The notes beneath the pieces were generated by a model that saw only the letters and a program-made list of their open reading frames with translations, was not told the origin of the DNA and made no database searches. A stretch of 63,501 nucleotides of DNA, the filler included, from Sluysia triapertura (taxonomy: Eukaryota): NCBI GenBank assembly GCA_046118255.1. It is 5 parts of 5 records of this genome, joined end to end, with 100 filler letters (N's around TTAATTAATTAA, not from the genome) between each part and the next. Parts side by side here need not be neighbours in the genome. Positions count along the whole stretch, not along the records: positions 26,445 to 39,709 come from JBJNIA010049006.1; positions 39,810 to 50,705 come from JBJNIA010191817.1; 3 more parts are not named here. The stretch is one strand, 5' to 3'. This document shows, piece by piece, positions 36,426 to 49,330 of this stretch (position 1 is the first letter of the stretch; every line of letters starts with the position of its first letter). Both the position numbers and the translations under genes were made by a program.

Positions 36426-39400
36426 CTGTGTAAAACGATGGATAGGTATATAATAATTAAAAGAAATAAGTCGTATCATAATCACAATTCTTAGAAAAAT
36501 AATTTCAATTATAAAAATCAGTTAAAACTGCGAGACGATTATTAACTCTATTTAAATAAATTTACAATATTCTAACAAGAACAATTTTCATTTTCCTGTT
36601 AAATAAATACCTACTGATAAATTACATTCGTCCAATCAATTAAAATATACACATACTTCATAATGTTAATCAAGAATCACTCTCCATATTTATTAATTAT
36701 ATTGCATTATAGTTATAAATTAATTTGAAATTTCAATTATATAAATTGTAATTAATTTTATCATATATTTTCAATTTATTTATTCAACATCGTTCCTAAA
36801 CTAACCATAATCATAATGATAATTACAATATTTATAGTAGCAACAGTAATTATTATTTTTAATGTAAATCTTTTGTATTTTACTAAATCATTATAATTGT
36901 AAAGCATTTTTTTGTATGTTCTAATTCGAATTGAATTAGAACAGTCTTTAAATCTATTATCAATATTTCGACAAATTGATATTTATAGTCATTAAATATA
37001 CATTCTTTTTGTGAATATTTTTATTGTATAAAAATTCATAACTTCTATTTATCATCTTTGTTTTATGTTCTATTTTTCTATACTGGCTCAAATTTTGTAT
37101 TAAAATCTTTTAAAATATATTTCCGTATAATCATTTTTCATTTTATCAAATTGGTTTTGTTACTCATTAGTTATAAATAAAAATATGACAAATTATATAT
37201 GTATAACTATTTCAAATGAACGTATAAAATTTTGGTAGTAATTATGTATATTCATTTTGTGTTAAACTAATTTAATGATATCCTAATTGAAGTGTACGGG
37301 TTTTCATTTTGAATTTAAGCCTATTATTTCTAAATATAATAATAATTATTATTATCATTATAATTATTTTATTTTTAAACCTTTACCATTCCAATTAAAA
37401 TTGAATTAAATCTTTCGACATTTTTGTTAAGATTAAAATTTATTTTATATTTTTTTAAATTAATTTCATAGAGGTTTATATTTTGCACTGTGAGTTAAAA
37501 TATAGGTAGTTGATAAAATTTTATATCTTTTATTAATTTTCTATAGTTAATTTAAATGAAATTATTAAACACCATCAAAATGTGTAAAGTATTTTCTTAT
37601 ATTTAATTTTGTTTGTTTACATCTGTTTTCGTTACGTCGCATTTTGGAAATAGAAATATTGCTACACTCAACATATATGATAATTTTAGTCGTGTAAATT
37701 TAGAAAAATTGCTGTACTATTTTATCGAATGAATATTTAAGTAACAAATTTAGATATTGGTGCTTTAATATTCGTGTTTTTTTCTAAATTGCTATCTCTT
37801 GATTACCTGCAATGACAATACTTATATGAATGCACAGCTTTTTTCCCAAAAATAGTACGATATACAAGCATAATTCAATTAAGTTTATATCTTGTCGTTT
37901 CTTTTTTATCTTTTTCAACTATTTTCTGGAAAATTATGTCCATTTTTGTTTCGATATATTTACCATTTATTTAATTAATAGAATACATAAATGGAACAGA
38001 ATTAGTGCAAAATATTTTTAACAAAATTGATTTTCATTGTTTTACTTCATTAATATAAGTCAAAGTAATATGAATGTAAAGTGTGAATGTATTTCGAAAG
38101 TTAATATTTTTTATATATTTTTAATTAAAGTTTATATAAATATTTATTATTCATTTGAGATTATACAAATTTTTATTTGAATTGATAATAAGTAATATTT
38201 AATAAATAATTAAAAATATAATATTTATACTTTTATTTATTGATATATTCTGTTTTTTGAATTTCTTTTCCTATCAATATTATACAAAATATGCTAAATT
38301 TTTTTGGATTAGCTATTTCTTTTATTTATTTATTTTTGTTTTGTGCTTCATTTTTATGAAGATATATGATACAATTTTTTGTTTGTGTAATATCAGATGT
38401 TATTTTAATTTTCTTAAAATTGAGAACTAATATATTTAAAGTTAAATAATTAAAGCTATTTTTATTTTAACAATATATTGAAATACTATAATAATTAAAT
38501 AATTTATACTATTTTTTGTAAAGATCATATCTAAATATATTTGAACTACATTTTATCATATGGTTTTATCATTAGTAAGCAGTTATCACAAAAGTTTATG
38601 CTAATATAAAATTGAGATACAATATAAGTCCGTTAAAATGCTTATAATGAACTTAATTAAAAGTTCCTCGAAATAATATTACTCAGAATGAAATATTGGT
38701 TTTAACGAACTATTATTTTATAGTTTGGTTTATAAAGAGTTTTTTAAAATATATCTAAAAAATAAAATTTTAAAAAAAATCAAATAAGAAAATATTAAAT
38801 GAAAATCAATGAGTTAGATGAAAAAATTACAATTATTAAAGATATTATGAATCAAGCGTAAATTGTAAAAGATGATAATCTGTCCAAATTTATTTGTAAA
38901 AATTGACAAAAATTATATTGGTATTTTACAAAGTCGTACATTGTAAATAAAAAGAACTGGTAAACCAATGCATGAAGGTGTATTTAAAAGTGATGCATTT
39001 ACAATTTCAGTTAAAGACATTGTTAAAAATATAAGAACATTAACAATTTAGAAAAATGAAATGAACAAACAAACAAGAATATTCCATTAAATGAATTTAA
39101 AAATAATAAAAGTACTGTTTTTTATATTAAATTTGATTGAAAATGTGCTACGTTAAAAAATAATGGATTATCTAAAAAATACAATTTTATTCTATTTCTA
39201 TTGTTTCAATGTTTTAAATTATATTTTGAATATAATTCCGTTATATTTGTGTTACAATTTTTATTTATTAAATAATATGTAAATAATGTATTTATGCTGA
39301 CATTGCATAAGTAAAGTAGAATGATTCGGCAACCGTTCTGCATTTTAAATTCTGATTAAATAATTGATAACTAATTGATAACTAATTGATAAATAATTAC

Positions 39401-39709
39401 TATCTTAAATAATTTATCGTCTTATTATGACCGATTTAAAAATATACATTAATTAACTTACTATATTATAAATTATGTATACATTTATTTATTAGTTACG
39501 TGTTCGTTTATCAATTCTATTTGACATCTCTTTTTAGTCTAAATGTCTGACTCGCAACATTTTATAATTCCAGTCTATGTTTTTGCCATTATGCTTTTAC
39601 TTCAGGATTTCGGAACCTTTTAAAATATTTCTTTTGAAGCTACTGAAATATTTTGTAAAATTACTAAGATATAATAGTTTTATTTATTTAAAAATAATAT
39701 TTTTATTAT

Positions 39710-39809
39710 NNNNNNNNNNNNNNNNNNNNNNNNNNNNNNNNNNNNNNNNNNNNTTAATTAATTAANNNNNNNNNNNNNNNNNNNNNNNNNNNNNNNNNNN
39801 NNNNNNNNN
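39710..39809. other. Artificial contig spacer
   Basis: Same N44-TTAATTAATTAA-N44 structure. Confidence 0.98.
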
Positions 39810-39879
39810 TTATTAGAAGTTAAAACATTTAAAACTAGTACCCTTTTGTGAAATTAATCGATAAACATTTAATGAAACA

Positions 39880-40760
39880 CATAAAACTATAAAAATGGCT
39901 CCCGCTCAATTTTATGGCAAACCAAAATATTCTAACACATCTGTTAGTGATATTTAATACCACTAAACACATTTCAATAAAAGAATAATTCTGTTACTCT
40001 TAGATATGACAAAATTAGTAAAACTAAATTCCACAAGTCAGATTCTTCATTGTAATTTAACAAATTGTAAGCTGTGATCAACAATCAATGTTATAAATGT
40101 AATACAACTTGCATCTTCTTTGTACGAATATTTTCTTAAAAGTAACAGTTGTTCTGGTTCAGATCTAAAATGATCACACGCACGGTCTAACAATTAAATA
40201 CGTTTTATTTCGTCATTAATCTTAAATGAAGAATTATAATCTCGAACTGATGCATCAATACTTTTTATATCATCAATATGTTGGGATTGTCCAGCTAGTG
40301 TAAGAAAGTAGATAAAAAGGCAAAAGAATTTAAAATAAATAATGAAAAGTGATATAAAATATCTGATAATAGAAACATAATTAAATATTTCTAGAGCAAA
40401 AATAATGAACAGTAAAATGTTTATAATCATTTAGAAATCGAAGAATATCGTGGAGTCCCAAAGACTTTTATATGGTAATGAGACCCTTGTGAAGATATAA
40501 GGAAAGTTTGGAAAAGTGTCTTGAAGTTTGGAACCTTGGAATCATTTGAGACCTTGTTGATCTGTAGGAACCTTTTAGGATTCTTGAGACCTTCGAATAA
40601 CCATGTAAAACGTTTGGAACCTTTCAAATGTTCAAGGATTAAAATTATAGTCAATGATATTAAAGACAAATTTAATATATTAATAATAAAAATAAAAAAG
40701 TAGAAAAAGGAATAAGAATGATGAAGGTGAAAACATCTAAAGCCTCCTGAGTACCTTGTA
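39880..40760 (-). pseudogene. Probable fibrillar collagen remnant (degenerate Gly-X-Y followed by COLFI-like traces)
   Basis: GGT-led triplets recur at 40480-40625 (GSK, GLK, QGLK*FQGSK, QGS). They are followed in order by GTPRY, HID...IDA and EQLLLLRKYS...DASCITF, resembling the COLFI segments GT..NPA, WIDPN...DA and QLTFLRLLS..ASQNITY. Confidence 0.4.
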
Positions 40761-41702
40761 TAATATTTAACAACTTTAAACTTAGAATAAAATAAATTAA
40801 ATTAATTAATTAATTAAATCTTAATTAACTTAATTAAGGAAAATTACGTTTTTGTGAATAATTTTTGAATGAGAAATGCTATGTTAAAACTGTAATTGTG
40901 CATGTTTTATAGAGACCTTTCGATAAAGATAAGGTTTGACCGAATTCATGCGAAGAAAACCTCTACATTGAATTTTAATTAATTTTTAATTTAAATAATG
41001 AAATTTTCATATTTAGAATGATGAATAGATTATGGAGTGATTTCTATGAAATGGGAGAATCCAAAAATGAGGTTGAAATGTTTGTGAAATGGTTCGTTTG
41101 GGAATGCGAACCTTAAACATTTACCATTAAAAATTTTTAAGCATGTCAATAATAATAGTTGTTATTTTAATGTAAGAAATGATTCATGAAAAAGTAGATC
41201 GAGTAGAGTAGAAGAAAAAAATGAGAGTTGATTGTTAATCGAATTGTTTTGTTTTTCTTGATAGATCGTACCATGTAAGTGTCAAAGTCGTTTTAGTCGG
41301 TTTAATCTTTAAAAGAGGTTTTGATGATTTGTGTAAGAGTAATTCCTGATTACGAATGTGGAAATGATTGGATGACAAAAAGGTATAAATTAGAATACTT
41401 AGAAATTTTTATTCACACGTAAAAAAATTGAATTCATTCGCTGCTGATTGCAAACACGAAGATCCATACTATTGGTAACTTTTTATTTTATTTTATTTTT
41501 GCAAGCTATTTCCTCTTATGCAAAATATATCTGGAGTCCGTCCGACTAACTAAGTACGATTTATATCCGAAGACGACGTCCTAATTAGATTTAAAAAGGT
41601 AATTAAATAGAGTTTAAAAGAACTGAACTAAATGATTTAAACTGACTGGTTCCTTAACGGTTTATATTATAGTAAATGAATAACTATTAACGTGCTTAGT
41701 TA

Positions 41703-41982
41703 AACCAGCCTTTTTACGGTCTGGTCAATGTATAAAGATTTTAAGAGTTGAACCAGCCTTTTTACGGTCTGGTCAATGTGTAAGAATTTTATAGAAAAAA
41801 CAAAAATAAACTTATCAAGAAAATTCCTATTAAACAATGAATAAAATATAATTACACTTTAACAAAACAAAGTTAATTATTATAATAATAATACGCAATT
41901 TGCCAACTTAAGCCTATTGCTTAGTTGGAATTTAAATATAGATTTTAAAGATGAAATTAACCTAGCCAGTTACGGTCTAGGT
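41703..41982. repeat. Hairpin-motif repeat cluster (two 48-bp-period direct repeats plus a variant)
   Basis: AACCAGCCTTTTTACGGTCTGGTCAATGT at 41703 and 41751; variant ACCTAGCCAGTTACGGTCTAGGT at 41960. Confidence 0.85.
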
Positions 41983-42859
41983 GTGAAAATTATTAATGGG
42001 ATTTTAAGTAAATTTTATAAAACCTTATTTTTACAATTAGGGATGTTAAAATCTTATTTAAATAAAAATTACTTCTGCATGGATATGATTGAATCCTGAT
42101 TCTCAAGGATTTTCTTGACTTGATTCTTTAATTTTCTTCTGTTTGTGTTTCCTATGCTTCAGTCATATTTACAAAAATTGTTATAAAAATTAATCAGTTT
42201 AAATAAAAATTTAATTTATGTGGGCGTTATAAAAATTAATCAGTTTAACCAAAAATTATAATAGAATTAGTTTAAACAAAAACTAGAATATTTTATTTTT
42301 TATAAAAATTCTAATAACTTACAAAAATTATAATATTTTATTTTTTAAATTTATAATAATTTATTTATATAATATTGATAATATTTTGGTAATAATAAAA
42401 TAACTATACAATTAAGTTTTAATAATATAATAAAAATTAACAAAATAAAATTAATTATAATATCAATTAAATCAATCATAATCAATTATTATCAAAGTAA
42501 TTCAACCACCGAATTTCAGCCACCACCTTGATGAATATTATGATGATTATGATGTCAAATGCCAATAATGCCAATGCCACTGACCTTAACACAGACAACA
42601 CCTTAAAGACAAAAACTATGCTCTTCTATAATATTCAATTCTTTCATTTTTCAAACCATAATACCACCACATGCACATGATCAGTAAATAGGAGAACCTT
42701 TACTTATATTTTATTTATGCTTTAATAAAAGGTGATTCCTACCTAAAGAATAAATAAAACTTATGAATTTGGAATATGACATGTATTATTGAAGTAACGA
42801 AAAAAAATGAAGTTAAGATATAGTAACTCGATATGGTGTAATAAAAATTTATTATACTC

Positions 42860-43424
42860 ATTGGTTACATGCATTTGTAAGCGATCTTCATATTGCAAAC
42901 TTAAATTCTTAATTATTCTGGTAGGGTAGCTTATAGTTGTAGTATTCCGTATAGTATTTATAGTACTTAAAGTAGTAATAGTAGTAACTAGTATCGAATT
43001 AACGATAACATCTGGTTTATCTAAAATAGGTACTTAAAGTCACATATTCTGTATTCTCACCAAAATCCACTAGTATCATAAATTTCGTTGTACCATAAAA
43101 TCCAAACTTCAATAAATGTAAAATCATGATCTGGTACACGAAGTATATAAACAGCGTTAGGAAGTATTAATGCATAATGATGTCCTTTGTCCAATTCGTA
43201 AGCAATCAAAATAATGTTTTATGTTAGTGGATTTGTTATACGAACAAAGTTATTACTATCTCGATGTAAAAGCATTGAAAACTCAACAGTGGTTGAAAGT
43301 TGATCAAAGATGAAGGGTGTCGTTCTAATCTTATAATTATGTACCGATATAATTCTCGAATTTTGATTTTGTTCGTACTCAATTTCCACGAGACTTCCGC
43401 AAGACACAATCCAATAGTTGACAT
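42860..43424 (-). pseudogene. Unidentified decayed coding-like segment
   Basis: Long frames broken by single stops or frameshifts (SCGSLVEIEYEQ...NPLT*NIILIAYELDKGHHYALILPNAVYILRVPDHDF...). No family recognised. Confidence 0.3.
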
Positions 43425-43554
43425 TTCTGCTTATGTCTGATTCATTCTTTCACCAATTAGTTATCCAACGCATAGAGATATTGGTGTTTTGAACTGTGTT
43501 GCTCTGCATAGTAGCATATATATTTCGTTGAAGTGCCTTTAATGTTATCCGTGG

Positions 43555-43919
43555 TCATAATACAATTACTGATTTCGAGCTTACATTGATTATACATGTC
43601 AATGTAAACTTGTCATTTGTCATTAAGGGTGAGTGATTACCTGTCGCATATTCGCAAAGAGGAGGTGGTGCCAATGGAAATCTTGGTGGTAATTGAAAGT
43701 TGCCTCTACGTGGAATAGTATATCGATCGTCGTTATCATGATTAGGAGGCAAGCATGGTTATCTACACCTATTTGATACAAACAATAATTACAAATAACT
43801 ATTGCCAGAGGGATGATAAATAATATTGCGGCTAAAATTATTATTAACAGCGCCGGATCATTTTTTAGCATTTCTGATAACGATAGATATTTCCTTGTTC
43901 CTTTTAGTGCAAAAGGCAA
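43555..43919 (-). pseudogene. Single-pass membrane protein C-terminal fragment (TM helix plus Pro-rich tail), frameshifted
   Basis: ORF 43623-43919 gives the TM stretch LLIIILAAILFIIPLAIVIC; overlapping frame 43555-43752 gives a cytoplasmic-like tail PPNHDNDDRYTIPRRGNFQLPPRFPLAPPPLCEYATG. Confidence 0.45.
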
Positions 43920-45104
43920 TTGTTCTAATCTCGCCAGTTATTCATATATTCTGGCGATAATTATTTTGTAAATTCTTTACAATTCAAAATAATAATTATT
44001 ATTATAATTGTTATTATCATTATTATTTTGTTACGTTTAACATTATTATTATTATTATAGTAATTATTATTATTATTTAATGTTATTATTCCATCATCAT
44101 ACAGTATTACTACTAATGATGTAACCTTGGCGTAACTTTCCCATTGGGAAAATTAGTCCCTAATTTTAAAAGAATTTATTACAAGAATGAAAATCGTAAT
44201 CTTACCTGCAAAATATCAAAGGAGTCGCTTCACTTAATATATACGATTTATACCACTGTTGGAGACGAGTTATTAAGATTTTATAACTTAACTTAGGAAG
44301 CTTTTGCTTATACCTTACAATCTAGATAACATTTAGTTTTATGATTAATTAATATGTTCAGAGTATTAATTTAAAATCAAATTTTACAAATTACACAATC
44401 CTTTTGTTAAGGTGTTGTTTAGAAATCAAACTTAATATTTTATTTGAGGTAAATTAGTAAGTAAATCTTATTTGATATATTAAACTTCAGCAAAAGAATA
44501 TACAAAAACTAAAAAATGTAAAAGGTACCAATATAATAATAATGATTTCGATAATTCAATTATCAAATTGATTATATTAAAATTTTAGACAAATTACCCA
44601 ATTCTCTTTAAGGTGCTGGTATAAAAACGTTACAAGATATTAAGTGTATTTTAATATTCCCAAAGTATGGTGAATATATAAAAACTTAATGTAAAAAATT
44701 ACTTAATAAACATGGATTAAACTTTTTGATTAAACTTTTTTGGATTGCGTTTTTCTAATTTTCTTGCATGTTATTCTATACTAAACTTACTAAGTCGCCA
44801 TCTTAAATAACTTAATTTTAATTTATTTAACTTAAATAATTTTATTTACTAATTTTCTTTATAATTCCAAATGTAGATTTTTTATAATTCTAAAAATTAA
44901 TGAATTAAAACATAAATTTTACCTAATGATTTTCTTAATATTTTTAATATTTAATTATATTTTTGTAATCTTTTTAATATTTATTATTGTTAATATTTAA
45001 TATAATAAAAGATAATTTATAAATTTTAAAATCAAAACATATTTACACATACATATATATGTTGGGATAAAGGCCTAAAGTGCCATTTGATATAATAGAC
45101 AACG

Positions 45105-45176
45105 GGGCTGATAACTCAGTGGAAGAGCATCGAACTGCGCAGCTAGAGGTCCCGGGTTCGATCCCCGGTCAGTCTA
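45105..45176 (+). tRNA. tRNA-like sequence (pseudo-tRNA or tRNA-derived repeat head); not a credible functional tRNA
   Basis: 72 nt: acceptor stem GGGCTGA/TCAGTCT, A box TAACTCAGTGG, perfect T-arm CCGGG-TTCGATC-CCCGG (B box), and TTTT directly after. The anticodon stem TCGAA/GCTAG does not pair and the anticodon position reads GCG. Confidence 0.75.
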
Positions 45177-45199
45177 TTTTACATACATAGCAAAATAAA

Positions 45200-46330
45200 T
45201 ATTAGTGGGTATCAGAAATGATAATGCTATAGTCGTCATCCAGATTGACATTCGAAGACTGCTGGTCGATCTTGTTTGTTAGAACCTCTTTTCTGACTTG
45301 TTGATGAATTTATTGATAGTGTCGTATCATTATTTTTTGTATGCATTTTGTTTTTTGTCTTCATGTGAAAAGGTATTTGCGTATCGAAGTGAGATGTATT
45401 GCATTTATTAATCGTGCAGCATATGTTTTGTGTGTAAAAGAAATAAGGGACGATTTTATTAAAAAACTGGCATCTAAAGGTTTGGTGATTTGTGGTAAAA
45501 ATGTGGATTAGTTAGATCAAAACGTGCGATCAAGAGAATCGTGGTTGGAAAGGGTAGAAAAGCTTCATTACTATTCATGCTCTATAAATGTGTTTATAGG
45601 ATTCGCGAAATTGACCACTCCTTGCAAGCATTTGCATGGTATTTGGTTGGTGTTTATACTGAAGTCTAGTAAAAAGGCGACTAAAATTTTATCATGAAGG
45701 GATGGAGGCCAATATTAACGGATATCGGAGATATCCTTGGTTCCTTTAAGTTTTCCTCTCTTAAACCCCGATTATCTGTTAAGAAATATTACTCTTTATT
45801 CTGAATGGAAAAGTTTATGATTAGATGTAAACTATATTTGCACTAGTTGATGCTTCTCGTTAAGGTCAAGTATGAGTTGTATAGTTATAAATACAAGAAA
45901 CGTGTGATATGTGTAAAAGTTTTTTGTCATTTACATAGGTTATGTTCATTTAAATCTTGAAGTGAAGTGTATTTGGACATATCTAAGAAGATTTCTGGTT
46001 GTACACAAGAAATTTCTTTGTAACATGTTGTAGACTACGACATGGCCGACAAAGATTGATATTTAAAGAACCCGTCTAGTTGCGGTATAATTATAGGACT
46101 ATGGTATTTCGAGTAAACCTGTAATTTGTTAATAGTAAGTGGAGGTTGAATTTTCTATAAATGAAGTAAACACGAAAACACTAAAAACTCACTAGAATGA
46201 TACAATAGGTTCACGATTGCCGTGAACTCTAAATCTACACATTACACTCAATCATATTTCATCACAACCAACACTTCATATATAAATAAATTGCTACACA
46301 AGTTGCTCGATACATTCAAAAAATAAATAC
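45200..46330 (-). mobile_element. Probable non-LTR retrotransposon (LINE RT) remnant
   Basis: ISDIR...DKILVAFLLDFS near 45660-45735 resembles the RT motif K..VAVFLD.SKAFD; strongly strand-skewed composition; many stops. Confidence 0.35.
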
Positions 46331-48559
46331 AATCACCATTTATTTCTTGGTACTAAATTTTTAAAATAATGAGAAAATTTAAAATTTAAGACTTCGTTGA
46401 CAATTTTTTAATAAATATAGAACGCTTAAATTAAGCACTAAACTACAGACTCTATAATATTTTTTTGCTTAAATTATTAACACATTCTATGTGGGTATTT
46501 TACTTCAATCCAAGCTCAAAAGGGGGCGACTTTTGGACATTTGCACAAAAAATAAATCTTTCAGTTTTTTATCTGATGATAATTTAATTATTATAATTAC
46601 ATTTTTGCTTGAATTTTTATTTCTGCGGTACTATGTGCGGAACATGCTAGCTCGTTTCTCGAAAAGAATGTGTTAAGAGAAACACGACAAACTACTTTGT
46701 CTATTTAATTGTTGTTATTGTAAGAAAAAGAGAGAATCACCAAATCAACAACTAATTCAAAACTAACTTTATTATTCTTCAGTTTTTTTTGTATTTATTG
46801 CTTGTTCAAATGATTGTTTTTATCATTCTATTTGTGGATTTTTTTCCAGATGTGGTTACGATATTTTATTTTGGTACCACATTGAAATCTCTTTGCGAAG
46901 CATATCGACTTCCAAATCTAGGTTGTCACAATTACTGTCATAATTACTGTGTAAAGTGTTAACACTTCAGCGTATTCAACTGTTAAACAAAATTATCTTT
47001 AGTGCATGCGTTATTAAAAAAATTATGTTTATATTTATAGTAAAAATTTTCTGACCTTCACCGTTAGTTAATTTAAACAAAAAGTCAAATAGAAACAAAT
47101 AATTATTTAAAACTATTATAAAAATTGTTTTATAATTATTGTTGATAAAATAATAAATAAAAATACTATTTACAAAAATAAATATTATTATTTAGTCACA
47201 TAAATTTGTAAATAATATCAATATTTAAATAAATCAATATTGTTCTGTTCCATATAGTCACATATGCTTATTAATCAATTTATTTACAATAATAAACAAA
47301 TAAATCAGGTAAAAATTAAGATTTCTCTTAATATTGTTTGATAAAATTGAAAAAAAATTTTAAGGCTACTTTCAAAATAGCCATGTAATTTCAAAATTTC
47401 ACTGTATTTTAATTCTTAAGAAAAAATCATAATACAGTATAATTACGAATATCATGGAAAAATTATTCGAATCAGATTGTGACATACACTTAATCTTCGT
47501 TGTGATCAATTGAATATAAATAACAATAGGATTAGGATTTTCGTAATGCAATCAAAAATGAGCTTTCTCCTCCTTTTTCTTTATATATAAAACTAAGACT
47601 ACAATAAAATCCAAATTCAGATATTTTTATTAATAAAATTCAAGTTTCAATATATAAGTAAAATTTTATTCTCAATTTATTATTTTATTATTTATTTTTA
47701 TTATATCAATAAAATTTCTTTATTAAATTTTTTTAATTAATACTAATTAAAAATTTTTTTCTTAAAATATTAAATTATTTTTATAATTATTATTATTAAA
47801 ATTAAAGTTAAGATTTTTTTAACTTTAACATACCTGTAACACATTAAAATTTAGTAGGAAAAGAACAATTTTTGGAATTTTTAAAATAAGTCGTGTGTCG
47901 TAGATGTCAATAATCAAAAATAAAACAAAAAATCTTCACATTAAAATAAAAATTCAAACGTTTTAAGATTATCACAAAAGAAGCATTTTAAATTAAAATT
48001 AACGAGTAAACTAAATTAATAGACCAAGGACCATTTTTGTGATAAAATTCAATACTTTTCAAGGATACTATGGAACTATTAATCAAAAGTTTATAAAAAC
48101 ATTGTCACAGAAAATTTAAAATGTTGAAAAATAATTACTTTCCCCAAAGTAAAATAATAGATAAAAATACTGAGATCTAAAACATACAGAAATTTTATTT
48201 ATGTAGAATGTGATAACACAATTTACTACAAATCAAATATGTATCAGTACTTTGTTTGCCACCCTTTGTTATCCAATAATTTCATGATCCTTAAAGACGC
48301 ATGCCACGGATGAGATTTGGTCACAAGTCTTTGATATCGTCAGCGCAATGCCATACTTTTATCAGGGTTTAAATAAGTTCCGTTCTGGTGGTTGGGTTAT
48401 GGGTAGAAACCTCCTATGTGATTAATGTCTGGAGAGTTTACAGGCCATTATAATCGTCTAAGAATAATTAATAATTTATCACACGAAATAGAATTCAACA
48501 GGCATTTTTGAAATATACTGAAAGTAAAAATCATGCAATATATGATCAGATATTTGTGG

Positions 48560-49099
48560 ACGGCCTCCAATAAAGTCGAGTGTTATAATGCATACACATT
48601 AAAGATAGCAATGAATAAAAATATTTTTACTCAATATTTTAAGATTATAATTTAAAACACAATATTATTTCATCTAAAACTTCTTCACTCAGGTCGAAAG
48701 GAATAATGACTCATACAGTCATTCGTTCAGGGTTATTTCAAAAACTACAATAATTATAATTCAAATTTCTACATTTAAGTAAAATTTCATTACATAAACA
48801 CTCATGTTTAATAATATTTTATTTCATAATGTGTTGTGTAAGTTTACTTCGCAGTTTCTTCACCACCTGTTTTGCATATTAAGTGAAAATATTTACAGTC
48901 TAATTTACTCAATTGTGTAAGCGCTTTATTTTATGTTAAATGTGTAATTATGTCTTTTGTAGGTGAAGATCTCAATTTAGCCACTTGACATTTTTGTTCG
49001 AACTGTACTCGGTGTAACATTTTCCCTTACACTGACGACTGCGATGTAGGATTGTGTATTGAATGTTTCAAAATATATCATACTAAAACTATGTATTGA
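48560..49099 (+). mobile_element. piggyBac transposase C-terminal remnant (cysteine-rich domain)
   Basis: 49028-49099 encodes YTDDCDVGLCIECFKIYHTKTMY*, the typical C..CDVGLC...CF..YH piggyBac tail; YNAYTL near 48585 resembles the NAYIL motif. Confidence 0.7.
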
Positions 49100-49260
49100 T
49101 TAAATTTATTGTAATTAATTAATTTTATTAATAAATGTAGTCAAAAATTAAAAAAGTGGCGATTTTTTTAGCCATTTTCTCAAAAAATCCGTCTGTTGTG
49201 ATGTCTTAATAAATACTCTATTATATTTCATGTTCAGAATCGGATAAATGGGTTTTTTTC

Positions 49261-49275
49261 TTATTATTATTATTA

Positions 49276-49329
<54 letters not shown>
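49261..49329. repeat. (ATT)n microsatellite
   Basis: Read directly; source of the poly-Ile ORF 49148-49339. Confidence 0.95.

Positions 49330-49330
<1 letters not shown>

Noticed and set aside
41528-41548. Possible LTR primer-binding site TGGAGTCCGTCCGAC
   Set aside because: I could not match it to a known tRNA 3' end or identify a preceding LTR.
41703-41800. CRISPR-like repeat-spacer pattern
   Set aside because: Only two units, the intervening sequences resemble each other, the context is eukaryotic, and there are no cas genes.
45105-45176. Functional tRNA-Arg(GCG) or tRNA-Cys
   Set aside because: The anticodon stem is unpaired, the D-stem has a mismatch, and GCG is not a normal eukaryotic anticodon.
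46850-46962. Possible downstream tolloid CUB/EGF exon (CGYDIL... or NLGCHNYCHN)
   Set aside because: Cysteine spacing and phase do not fit CUB2 or EGF, stops follow quickly, and it is two spacers away from the gene.
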